NCBI GenBank assembly: GCA_965204735.1
Contig: OZ242008.1
Location: 2,752,001 to 2,816,000, forward strand
DNA length: 64,000 nucleotides
Direction of reading: 5' to 3'
From: Longimicrobiales bacterium
GTDB lineage: Bacteria; Gemmatimonadota; Gemmatimonadetes; Longimicrobiales; Gaopeijiaceae
Position 1 is the stretch's first letter, and every line of letters starts with the position of its first letter. Position numbers and translations under genes: made by a program. The notes below the pieces were generated by a model. It made no database searches and had not been told where the DNA came from. It saw only the letters and a program-made list of their open reading frames with translations. Below, piece after piece: positions 18,003 through 29,600 of the stretch.

Positions 18003-19096
18003 TTCGATGTCGCTTTCCGATACTTGTGTCGCATACTGAGATGGACACTGTTGGCTGTTTCACTAATGTCCTCAGCCACGTTTACCAGCGATTCGCTCTG
18101 TCCGTCGTAGGCCCGCAGCGACCCCGCCGCATCGCGAATACTGTCACGGGCCTTGAAGAGCGAGCCTCTGAACCTCGTGTCTACGGATTCAGTGGCAGCG
18201 TGTGCCGAATCAAGATCTTTCTTGATGCGCAGAGTGAGTATCGCCTCTTCGTTGGCCAGAACCTCGCCAAGGCGCTTAATGTCTGGATTCTGCACGCGTA
18301 CAACAGGTTGGACGCCGTCACTGCTGGAACCGTATATCCACCTCAAGACCTCGTGCAGTTGGGTGACGCGGTCCATGGGCACAGGGTTGGGCGTTGGATC
18401 ATACATTGTCCAGGATGCTCGGATATCCAGAAAACTCATGTACTGAGCACGAGCCAGGGCAGTGTACAAGTGTGAGAAATTAAACTTGGGAGCAGCAATG
18501 TCCTGTATGTCGAAGTCGGCTTGTTCCAAGACATATATTGCAAATACCATGCGTTTGATTGTGTCATGCCTGTCGCCAATCGCTCGGGCGATTTTCGTGA
18601 GCGGAATTCCCGACTTATGCCAGTCAGCTGCAAACTTTGCCTTTGCATAGGCGTTCCACTTGGCCGGACCATTGATGTGCTTGAAGCCAATAAACGTGCG
18701 CGCATCAGCCCGGCTGGGCACCTCGTATACAGAAACATGGGTAAGGGTTGAAGCTACCGGAGCGGCGTCGGGTACTTGAATCTCTACGCCCTCCCGGTGA
18801 CGCACACGTTGTGCGAGCTTCGGATCGGTAAGCAGGCGAAGTGTCGCAAGTCTTCTGTTGCCCTCCAAGACGACCAAGGCGTCGGCGTCGGCGGCTGTTA
18901 CAACTAGTGGCTCAATGTCAAGATAGCCATTGGTAGAAATGGACTCCAGTAGCTCATCTAGCTCGGCGGTGAGATACAAGCGTGCTATGAGAGCTTCTTC
19001 GGAGTCTCCACCGGCTTGGGCCATTAGGCGGGGATTCTCGCGGTCAAGCCTGAGCTTGGTGATTGGGACTCTGCGGACTGGACTGGTGGACGCCAT
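17999..19096 (-). CDS. ParB/Srx-like N-terminal domain protein with probable HTH (copy 1)
   Basis: LRLDRENPRL, IEPLVV and VLEGNRRLA (ParB G-x-RR type motif); HTH-like GIPLTKIARAIGD. Confidence 0.8.
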   Translation of the reverse strand: MASTSPVRRVPITKLRLDRENPRLMAQAGGDSEEALIARLYLTAELDELLESISTNGYLDIEPLVVTAADADALVVLEGNRRLATLRLLTDPKLAQRVRHREGVEIQVPDAAPVASTLTHVSVYEVPSRADARTFIGFKHINGPAKWNAYAKAKFAADWHKSGIPLTKIARAIGDRHDTIKRMVFAIYVLEQADFDIQDIAAPKFNFSHLYTALARAQYMSFLDIRASWTMYDPTPNPVPMDRVTQLHEVLRWIYGSSSDGVQPVVRVQNPDIKRLGEVLANEEAILTLRIKKDLDSAHAATESVDTRFRGSLFKARDSIRDAAGSLRAYDGQSESLVNVAEDISETANSVHLSMRHKYRKATSK

Positions 19097-19140
19097 CGGA
19101 TCCCTTGGCCGCTTGCTGGTGTGCGGGCAACTTCAGGAGG

Positions 19141-19169
19141 AAGGTCGCGCATCTAGCTGCCGATGTCAA
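19141..19169 (-). promoter_or_regulatory. Candidate sigma70 promoter for the ParB-REase-MTase operon
   Basis: Minus strand TTGACA-N17-GACCTT, ending 45 bp upstream of the ATG at 19096. The -35 is perfect and the -10 is weak. Confidence 0.45.
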
Positions 19170-19201
19170 CCCACCACGGGGCGTCGCAGAGACGCGGAGT
19201 C

Positions 19202-19234
19202 GGTTAGGTTTAGGTTAGGTTAGGTTAGGTCAGG
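19202..19234. repeat. (GGTTA)n / TTAGG pentanucleotide microsatellite, ~6 units
   Basis: GGTTA GGTTTA GGTTA GGTTA GGTTA GGTCA GG read directly. Confidence 0.9.
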
Positions 19235-19252
19235 GGAACGATTGGCAACTGG

Positions 19253-19490
19253 TTGTTCGCAGGCGGCCCGAAGTTCCACAAGATCGAGGTCGTCGCAAGT
19301 CTTTGGGGCGGTACGCGGTGGCCAGCATGGAGTTCCTCGTGCGGGCGGACGCCGAATACGGCAAGGACGAACTTCATGAATTTGCCGAGGGGATCGAAGT
19401 GGTCGTGCATGGGAAGCGGCCGGCCTGCGCGCCGAGGTCGACGACAAGGAAGGAAAGCTTGTGCTGCGGATGTGGGCAGGCGCGCTCCTT
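19253..19490 (+). pseudogene. Possible degraded gene remnant
   Basis: Protein-like, GC3-rich stretches continue across three frames: FAGGPKFHKIEVVAS / ASMEFLVRADAEYGKDELHEFAEGIEVVVH / EAAGLRAEVDDKEGKLVLRMWAG. Confidence 0.3.
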
Positions 19491-20650
19491 AGTCGAAGAC
19501 GATCCTGCCGAGGAGTCCGGCGCGTCGTTCCGCGGGTCGGGAGCCGTCGGCGATCTGCTCGCCGAAGAAGTCCATCATCATGCGGAGGCCGATCTCCTCG
19601 TCGGCGGCATCGCCCCCCAGCGTTGCCCACTGGGCGCCCACGTTCAAGCGGTAGCCGGCCGTGCCCTCCCGACTCCAGCGGCCGAACGGCTTGATCTGGC
19701 TGCCGCCGGGCAACAGCACGCCGTAGCCCACTTCCATCGCCAAGCGGTCCGGCGCCCAGCCCTGCCCGGTCGGGACGGTCGGGAAGCCGAGGGCGGTCGG
19801 GGAGCGGTTCGCCGTCGCATCGCCGTGGCTCGCGAGGTCGCCGTCGCCGGGCGCATCGCCGGCCGGCGTCGCCGGACCGGTCGCGCCCAGGGCCGGCACG
19901 CCGGCGTTCCGCCACACGTCGCCGCCGCCCTGCCACAGCGTCTGCGCGCCGCCGGAGGCGTTCCCCCACGACGGCTCCAGCGAGAACGACAGGCCGCTTG
20001 CCTCGCGTCCGGGCTGCAGGCGCAGCGCGACGCCGGCGCCCCACTCCTTGAAGTTCTGGTCCTGGTGGATCAGCAGCATCCGGCCACGGGCGTCCAGGCT
20101 CAGGCCGCTGCCCGTGTGCGTGAAGCCCAGCTCGGCGCCCGCTTCGGCCCCCATCCCCGTCTCCGCGTCGCCCCGGTCGTAGCGACCGCCCACCTCGATG
20201 CGCGTCCGCATGGCGACGCTGCCGCCGGACCATTGTCCGCCCAGCTCGGGAGCCAGCCGCACCCGCTGCGCGTCGGCCGTCACGGCAGCCACATGTCCGT
20301 TCGACGCGTCCGTCGTCATGCGCACGGCGAAGGCGTCGGCCTTCAGCGCCAAGCCGCCCACCAGCCGCTGGCGCACGCCCAGCGCGCCCATCCGCATGTC
20401 CAGGTCGGCGTCGTAGGTGGGACCCTGCTCGCCCACGTTGGCGGCGCCCCGGCCTGCGCCGGCCAAGCCCCAGATGCCGAAGCCGCCCTGGGACGACCAG
20501 CTCGCGTAGGGGTAGAGGCTGTTCAGGTGGGCCTTCGTCTTGCCCACGCCGTTGATCCCGCTCTCGTAGTTCGCCGCCATGTCGCTGCGCGAGCCGGCCA
20601 GGCCCATCAGGAAGCCCGAGCCGAAGCGGTAGTCCAGGCCCAGGTAGCCG
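19489..20650 (-). CDS. Autotransporter-type beta-barrel; frameshifted C-terminal part of the giant adhesin
   Basis: Amphipathic strands GYLGLDYRF, LYPYASW, GIWGLAGAGRG, EVGGRYDRGDAETGMGAE, EWGAGVALRL, ending GLLGRIVFD. It continues the GWTLWGQ strand of the giant ORF after a 1-bp shift. Confidence 0.85.
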
Positions 20651-23600
20651 AGCGGGTGCGGCCGTCCATGGCGAAGTCGTCTTCGGGGCGGCCCTCGAAC
20701 TCGCTCACGTTGGCCTGGCCCCACAGCGTCCAGCCGGCCTGGGAGGCCGTCTGCGCCGGGGATGCGCCGGGCACGCCGGCGTCGGCGCCGTCACCCTCCG
20801 CGACGGCGGCGCCTTGCCCGTCGGGCGAGCCGCCGCCGAAGGAGAGCTGGAACGAACTCCGGGAGCGGAGGTCGCGGCCGGTCAGCGGGCTGAACGCGAC
20901 GCCGCCGCGCTCGCGCTCGGCGGGCAGCGCGTCCTCTTCCCGTTGGCCCTGGTACGAGCCGCCCATGCCGAACGAGCCGTGCGGAGCACCGCCCATGCCG
21001 GCTGCGCCGTCGCCGAAGAGGATCGCCGCCAAGTCCAGCGTCCCGCCCGGGATGCCGCCGAGTCCCGAACCGGCGGCGCCCGGGTGGGTGATCTGGAGCC
21101 CCAGCAGGCCCGTTGCATCCCGCACCAGCGACTCGAGGCCGCAGCGGCCGCCCGAGACGCCCCCGCCCAAGCCCGGGCCGCCTTCGTCCGGGCCGGCGTG
21201 AGCCGACTCGCCATGGCCTTGGTCCGCACCGCCTTGGCCCGCGGCCGCGCCGCCGTCCTCAAACGCGCGGGACGAGGCCGTGCCGCTGGACATGCCGCCC
21301 GAGCCACGGCCCCCGCCGAACGCGAGGCAGCTCAGCGAACGGCCGCCCAGCTGCATATGCGAACGGCCCAAGGAGCCCGACGACTCCAGACCCAACCGAC
21401 CGCCGATCGCGTCCACCGTCTCCGTGCCCAGCGACCGTCCGAACGCCGCCAGCGTCAGCTTCAACGCCCGCGCACGATCCGAACGCGACGCCGCCACCGT
21501 CACGCTCGCCTCCTGCGTCGCCGTCAAGCCGCCCGCGTCCGTCGCCGTCACCGTCACTACCGCCGCGCCGATCTCCCGCGGCGCCACAGACAGCCGTCCC
21601 ACGCCCGACACCGACGCGGCCGCCACGTCCGGCGACGACGACACCACCACGTAGATCAGCGCGTCACCGTCCGGGTCACGGAAGTACTCGCCCAGACCCA
21701 CCTCCCACGGCGCACCCCCCACCTCGAGCACCGGCGGCGACAGCGATCCCACCGCCTCCGGACCCTCGTTCACGTCCAGCAGCGTCACCACGACCGCAGC
21801 CTCCGCCGTCAGTCCGCCCGCGTCCGTGACGCGCACCACCAGCGCGAACTCCTGCGGACCGTCCTCGTAGTCCTCGCCGGCGCCCACGTAGCGCACCTGT
21901 CCGCTCGCGCCGTCCACCTCGAAGCGGCCCGCGTCGCCCTGCGCCAAGCTGTACGTCAGCGCGTCACCGCGGTCCGGGTCCGTCGCCTCGACCCGTCCCA
22001 GCTCCCGAGGCCCGCGCACGTTCTCCGCCAGCTCGAAGGCGTACGCGGAGTCCGCGAACGCCGGGGCCTCGTTCACGTCCAGCAGCACCACCCTCACCTT
22101 CGCCACCGCCGCCAACCCCGCCCGGTCCGTCGCCACGACCTCGAACTCCCAGCCCTCAGGACCGGTCTCCGCGTCCTCGCCAGCGCCCACGTACCGCACC
22201 ACGCCGCTCGACTCGCCCACGTCGAACAACGCCGCGCCCGCGCCGCTCAAGCTGTAGCGCAGCGTGTCGCCCGCGTCCACGTCCGTCGCCTCTACCGTGC
22301 CCAGCTCCACCGGGCCCGCCACGTGCTCCGCCAGCTCCCACTCGTAGCTCGAATCGACGAACACCGGGCCCTCGTTCCGGTCCTCGAGCGTCACCACCAC
22401 ACGCGTCCGCGCTGTCAGACCGCCTCGGTCCGTCGCCGTCACCTCCAGCTCCCAGCTGCCTGGACCCGTCTCCGCGTCCTCGCCTGCGCCCACGTACTGC
22501 ACCGCACCGCTCGTCGCGTTCACCTTGAACCGCTCGGCGTCGCCTGCCGTCAGCGCGTACGACAGCCAGTCGCCGCCGTCCGGGTCCGTCGCCCGTACCG
22601 CGCCCAGCAGCAGCGGACCACGAACGTTCTCCGCCAGATCGAAGGCGTACGCAGAGTCGGCGAACGCTGGTCCTTCGTTCACGTTCGTCAGCGCCACCGC
22701 CACCACCGCCTTGGCACTCGCGCCCGCCAAGTCCGTCGCCGTCACCTCCAGCTCCCACGACTTCGGTCCCGCGCCCTCGTAGTCCTCGCCCGTCCCCACG
22801 TACCGCACCGCGCCCGTCGCGCCGTCCACCTCGAAGCGATCGGCGTCGCCCGCCGCCAGCCGGTACGTCAGCGTGTCCCCATCGTCCAGGTCCACCGCCT
22901 CCGCCACGCCCAGCGCCAGCGGCCCCGCAACGTTCTCCGCCATGTCGAAGGCGTAGCGCTCGGCCGTGAACACCGGCGCGTCGTTCAGGTTCACCAGCCG
23001 CACCGTCACCGTCGCGTCGCCCGTCCGCTCCCCGTCGTCCGCCGTCGCGCGCACGATCATCACGAACTCCGAACGCGCCTCCGCGTCCTCGCCGCTGCCC
23101 ACGTACCGCACCTCGCCGGTGCGCGCGTCCACCTCGAAGAGACCCTCGTCGCCCGCCGCCAGCGAGTACGTCACCTCGCCGCCGAAGGGGTCCGTCGCGC
23201 TCACCGTCCCCACCACCACCGGCCCCGCCTCGTCTTCCGTCAGCTCGAACTCGTACTCCGCGCGATCGAACACCGGGTCCGTTCCCCCGGCCCCGTTCAC
23301 CTGGTGCTCCTCCAGGTTCTCCACCGCGTAGCTGCCCAGGTCCAACACCGCCGCCGTCGTGCCGCCCGCGATCCGCAGCGTGCCCCCTGCCGCCGTCAGC
23401 GCGTCGGCAGCGATGCTGATCCCGTCTTCGTCCCGGTCCGCAGGCTGAACCACGTACTCGAACACCAGCACCGGCGTGCCAGAACCCGACACGTAGCTCG
23501 CGTGGCGCACCGCCGCCCCGATCTCGATCGCCAGGCGCACCGGAGCCGTCGCAGCCGACATGCCCGCCTGCTGCGGCGCCCCCGCCACCTCCACCGGACG

Positions 23601-26600
23601 GCTGAACGTCACCGCCACGCGGATCACGCTCCGGGGACCGTAGAGCCCGCTCGCACTCGGCGTGCTCGTCACCGCCAACCCCACCACCACCGGCGCGACC
23701 TCAACCGTGCCGTCCACCTTGTCGTTCGCGGCCGCCGTGATCGCGTGGCTGCCCAGCGCCAGAGCCGCCGGACGTACCCCGTCTGCCGTGTTCACGATCG
23801 TACCGCCGTTCAGGGTCAGTGCGGCCGCAGCCACGCCCACGCCGTCGGCGTCGGCGTCGACGCCGCCCGCGCCGCTGCCGCCACTGCCCGCGCCCTGCAC
23901 GCGGTACGCGAACGACAGCGTCGCAGTGCCGCTGCCGGCAGCGTAGTTCGCCTGCCGCGTCGCCGCGCCCACCGTCAGCGCCAGCTGCGGCGTGCCCGTC
24001 ACCGTCACCGCTCGGTCGAACGTCACCTGCACCTCGATCCGCTCGCCCAGGCCGTAGGTGTCGCCGCTCTCCGGCGCGCTCGACACCGCAACGCCCGTCA
24101 CCGACGCGCCCGCCAGCGTGCCGGCCACCTTGTGGCCCGCAGCTGCGCTCAACGCATGGCTGCCCAGTCCCAGAGCCGCCGCAGTCGTGCCGTTGCGGGC
24201 GTCGGCGATCGTGCCGCTGTTCAGCGCCAGCGCGCTCGCGCCGATGCTGATCCCGTCGGTGTCGGCGTCCGCCTGCACCACCGTGTAGCGGAACGTCAGC
24301 GTGTGCGTCGCTGTACCGCTCGCGTAGTCCGCCTGCCGCGTCTGCGCGCCCACCGTCAGCGCGACCTGGGGTGTGCCCGTCACGGTCACGCGACGGTTGA
24401 ACGTCACCTGCACCTCGATCTGCTCGTCGCGACCGTACGTCGTCGCCACCGCAGGCGAACTCGTCAACGACACGCCGCTCACCGACGCCGCCGTGAACGT
24501 CCCGCCCGCAACTTTGTGGCCCGAGCTGTTCGTCAGCGCATGGGCGCCCAGCCCCAGGACGGCGTCCACCGTCCCGCCCGCCACGTCGATCGTCCCGCCG
24601 TCGAGCGCCAACGCGCTCGCGCCGATGCTCAACCCGTCCGCGTCGGTGTCCGCAGTCACCACCACGTACCGGAACACCAACGACGCCGTGCCCGTGCCGC
24701 TCGCGTAGCTCGCCTGCTTCGTCACGGTCCCGATCGTCAGTGCCAGCTGCGGCGTGCCCGTCACGTCCACCGCCTTGTTGAACGTCACCGTCGCAACCAC
24801 CGTGTCGCCACGCTCGAAGGTGTCGCCGACCGGCGGCGACGCAATCGTCACGCCGCTCACTCCCGGCGGTCCCTGGTTCCCGTCCACCCTGTGGGCCGCG
24901 TCGTTCGATATCGCGTGGCTGCCCAGCCCCAGGCTCGCAGCCGTCGTGCCGTCGCGGGCGTCGGCAATCGTGCCGCCGTTCAGCCCCAGCGCGCTCGCGC
25001 CCACGCTCAACCCGTTCGCGTCCGCATCCCCAGCCACCACCTCGTACCGGAACGTCAGCTGCTTGCCGGCGGCCACCGAGACGTACGCCGCTTGGCGGGT
25101 CCGGCTCCCGATCGTCAGCGCCAGCTGCGGCGCGCCCGTCACCGTCACGTTGCGGTTGAACGTCACCTCCACCTCGATCTGCTCGCTCAACCCGTACGTG
25201 CTGCCTCCCGCCGGGCTGCTCTGGATCGACACCTCGCTCACCGACGCCGCCGTGAACGTCCCGCCCGCGACTCGGCGCGCGCCGTCGTTGCTGATCGCGT
25301 GGTGCGCCAGGCTCAGCAGGGCGTCCGTCGTGCCGCCTGCCACGTCGATCGTGCCGCCGTTCAGCGCCAGCGCGCTCGCGCCGATGCTCAACCCGTCCGT
25401 GTCCGCGTCCGCCTGCACCACCACGTACCGGAACACCAGCGCCGTCGTCCCCGTCCCCGATGCGTAGCCGGCCTGCCGCGTCTGCGAACCAATCGACAAC
25501 GCCAGCTGCGGCGTCCCCGTCACGTCCACCGCCTTGTTGAACGTCACCGTCGCAACCACCGTGTCGCCGCGCTCGAAGGTGGCGCCCACCGGCGGTGAAG
25601 CCACCGACAGCCCCACCACGCCCGGCGGCCCCAAGCTGCCGTTCACCTTGTGCGACGCCGCGTTCGACACTGCGTTCGCGCCCAGGCCCAGCGCCGCAGC
25701 GGTCGCGCCCGGACGCACGTCGTTGATGGCTCCGCCGTTCAGCGTCAGCGCGCTCGTGCCGATGCTGATCCCGTCCGTGTCCGCGTCCGCCGGACGGACC
25801 GCGTAGCCGAACACCAGCGTGTCCGCCTTGCTCGTCGCCGACGCGTAGTCCGCCTGCCGCGTGACCGTGCCGATCGTCAGCGCCAGTCGCGGCGCGCCCG
25901 TCACCGCCACCGGACGACCGAAAGCCACCTTCACCTCGATCGACTCGCCCAGCTGGTACGTGCTCGCGCTTGCCGGCGTGCTCGACACCGTCACCGCGCT
26001 CACCGCCGGCGTCGTGAACGTCCCGCCCGCCACCTTGTGGCCCGTGCTGTTCGCCACCGCGCTCCCGCCCAGGCCCAAGGTCGCGTCCAATGTTCCGCCC
26101 GCGACCTTGATCGTGCCGCCGTTCAGCGCCAATGCGCTCGCGCCGATGCTCAGCCCGTCGGCGTCCGCATCGCCGCTCGCCACTACGTAGCGGAACACCA
26201 GCGTGTCCGTCCCCGTCCCGCTCGCGTAACTCGCCTGCCGCGGCGCGCTCCCGATTCCCAGGGCCAGCCGCGGCGCGCCCGTCACGTCCACCGACCGGTT
26301 GAAGACCAGCGACACCTCGATCGTCTCGCCCCGCTCGAAGGTGTCGCCGACCGTCGGCGCACTGATCGACAGCCCCGTCACCCCCGGCGGTCCCCGGCTC
26401 CCGTCCACCTTGTGCGCAGCAGCGTTCGCGATCGCGTTGCTCCCCAGTCCCAGGCTCGCCGCCGTCGTGCCGTCGCGCGCGTCGGCGATCGTACCGCCGT
26501 TCAGCGCCAACGCGCTCGCGGCGATGCTCAACCCGTCGCTGTCCGCGTCCGCAGCCTGCACCGTGTAGCCGAACGCCAGCGTCGTCGTGCCGCTCCCGCT

Positions 26601-29600
26601 CGCGTACGACGCCTGCCGCGTCTGCGTGCCGATCCCCAGGGCCAGCTGCGGCGGGCCCGTCACCGTCACCGGGCGCGTGAACCCAACCTCGACCTCGATC
26701 CGCTCCGTCCGTCCGTAGATGCTGTCGCTCGACGGCTCGCTCGTGATCGTCACGCCGCTCACTGCCGCAGCCGTGAACGTGCCGCCCGCAACCTTGTGGC
26801 CCGTGCTGCGGATCACCGCGTGGCTGCCCAGCCCCAGCACCGCGTCCGTCGCCGTCCCCGACCGACGGATCGTACCACCGTTCAGCCGCAAGTCGGACGC
26901 GCCGATGCCCAACCCGTCCGCATCCGCGTCCGCAGCCACCACCACGTACCGGAACACCAGCGTGTCCGTCCCCGTCCCGCTCGCGTAGTCCGCCTGCTTC
27001 GAGCCGCTCGAGAACCGCAGCTGCAGCTGCGGCGTCCCCGTCACCGCCACCGCCTTGTTGAACGCGACCTTGACCTCGATCGTCTCGCCTCGCTCGAACG
27101 TGTCGCCCACATGAGGCGAACCGATCGACAACCCCGTCACGCCCGGCGGCCCCTGCGCGCCGTCCACCTTGTGCGACGCCGCGTTCGCGATCGCGCTGGA
27201 ACCCAAGCCCAGGCTCGCAGCCGTCGAACCGTCCCGCGCGTCGTTGATCGTGCCGCTGTTCAACGCCAACGCGCTCGCACCGACGCTGACACCGTCGCTG
27301 TCCGCATCCCCAGCCACCACCTCGTAGCTGAACGTCAGCGTCTTCGTCCCCGTCCCGCTCGCGTAGTCCGCCTGCCGCGTCGCAGCCCCCACCGTCAGCG
27401 CCACCTGCGGCAGGCCCGTCACGTTCACCGGCCGCACGAACGACACCTCGACCTCGATCTCCTCGCCCAGACCGTACGTGTCCCCGCTCGACGGAGCGCT
27501 CGAGATCGTCACGCCGCTCACCGACGACGCCGTGAACGTCCCGCCCGCTACCTTGTGCCCCGTGCTGTTCGATATCGCGTGCGTGCCCAGACCCAAAGTC
27601 GCGTCCAGCGTGCCGCCCGACAAACGGATCGTGCCGCTGTTCAGCGCCAGCGCGCTCGTCCCGATGCTCAACCCGTTCGCGTCCACATCCGCAGTCACCA
27701 CCGTGTACTGGAACACCAGCGACGTCGTGCCGCTGCCGCTCGCGTAGCTCGCCTGACGGGTCTGCGTACCGATCCCCAGCGCCAGCTGCGGCGTACCCGT
27801 CACCGCCACCGCACGGTTGAACGTCACCGTCGCCGCAATCGCGTCGCCACGCTCGAACGTGTCGCCCGTCGGAGGCGACCCGACGACCAAGCCGATCACG
27901 CCCGGCGGTCCCTGGTTGCCGTCCACCTTGTGCGCCGCGGCGTTCGCGATCGCGTAGCTCCCCAGGCCCAGGCCCGCCGCCATCGTCGCGTCACGAGCGT
28001 CCGAGATCGTGCCGCCGTTCAGCGCCAATGCGCTTGCGCCGATGCTGATCCCGTTCGCGTCCGCGTCCGCAGCCGCCACCGTGTAGCCGAACGTCAGCGT
28101 CGTCGTGCCTGTCCCGCTCGCATACGACGCCTGCCGTGTTTGCGAACCGATCGTCAGCGCCAGTTGCGGCGTGCCCGTCACTGCCACGCGCCGGTCGAAT
28201 GTCACCTCGACCTCGATCCGTTCCGTCCGGCCGTACGTGCTGTCGCTCGCCGGAGCGCTCGAGATCGTCACGCCGCTCGCCGACGCCGCCGTGAACGTCC
28301 CGCCCGCGACTCGGCGCGCGCCGTCGTTGCTGATCGCGTGATGCGCCAAGCTCAGCAGCGCGTCCGTCGTCCCGCCCGCCACGTCGATCGTGCCGCCGTT
28401 CAGCGCCAACGCGCTCGCGCCGATGCTCAACCCGTCGGCGTCCGTGTCCGCAGTCACCACCACGTACCGGAACACCAGCGCCGTCGTCCCCGTCCCCGAC
28501 GCGTAGCTCGCTTGCCGCGTCTGCGAACCGATCCCCAGCGCCAGCCGCGGCGTGCCCGTCACGTCCACCGCCTTGTTGAACGTCACCGTCGCCGCCACTG
28601 TGTCGCCCCGCTCGAACGTGGCGCCCACCAGCGGCGCAGCCACCGACAGCCCCACGACGCCCGGCGGCCCCAAGTTGCCGTTCACCCTGTGCGACGCCGC
28701 GTTCGACACTGCGTTCGCGCCCAGGCCCAGCGCAGCCGCCGCAGCGCCCGGACGCACGTCGTTGATGGCTCCGCCGTTCAGCGTCAAAGCGCTCGCCCCG
28801 ATGCTGATCCCGTCGGTGTCCGCGTCCGCCGGACGGACCGCGTAGCCGAACACCAGCGTGTCCGCCGTGCTGGAAGCGGCCACGTAGCTCGCCTGCCGCG
28901 TCTGCGTCCCGATCGTCAGCGCCAGACGCGGCACGCCCGTCACCGCCACCGGACGACCGAACGCCACCTTCACCTCGATCGACTCGCCCAGCTGGTACGT
29001 GCTCGCGCTCGCCGGCGTGCTCGACACCGTCACCGCGCTCACCGCCGGCGTCGTGAACGTCCCGCCCGCAACCTTGTGGCCCGTGCTGTTCACCACCGCG
29101 CTCCCGCCCAGCCCCAAAGTCGCGTCCAGGGTGCCGCCCGCAACCCGGATTGTGCCGCCGTTCAGCGCCAATGCGCTCGCGCCGATGCTCAGCCCGTCCG
29201 CGTCCGCGTCGCCGCTCGTCACCACGTACCGGAACACGAGCGTGTCCGTGCCCGTCCCGCTCGCGTAGCTCGCCTGCCGCGTCGCGCTCCCGATTCCCAG
29301 GGCCAGCCGCGGCGTGCCCGTCACGTCCACCGACCGGTTGAACACCAGTGACACCTCGATCGTCTCGCCCCGCTCGAATGTGTCGCCCACCGTCGGCGCA
29401 CTGATCGACAGCCCCGTCACACCCGGCGGTCCCCGGCTCCCGTCCACCTTGTGCGCAGCAGCGTTCGCGATCGCGTTTATCCCCAGTCCCAGGCTCGCCG
29501 CCGTCGTGCCGTCCCGCGCGTCGGCGATCGTACCGCCGTTCAGCGTCAACGCGCTCGCGCCGATGCCGATGCCCGTCGAGTCTGCGTCCGCCGCTGCCAC

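Noticed and set aside
17999..19096. Chromosome or plasmid partition ParB (parABS)
   Set aside because: No ParA is adjacent to either copy, and both are coupled to nuclease-like genes instead.
19160..19234. Integron attC/attI site (GTTAGGT fits GTTRRRY)
   Set aside because: The match arises from the microsatellite. There is no convincing paired R/L box palindrome of adequate length and no integrase in view.
20648..20649. Programmed frameshift or phase-variable tract in the barrel
   Set aside because: The G run is only 2-3 nt, and no slippery heptamer is evident.
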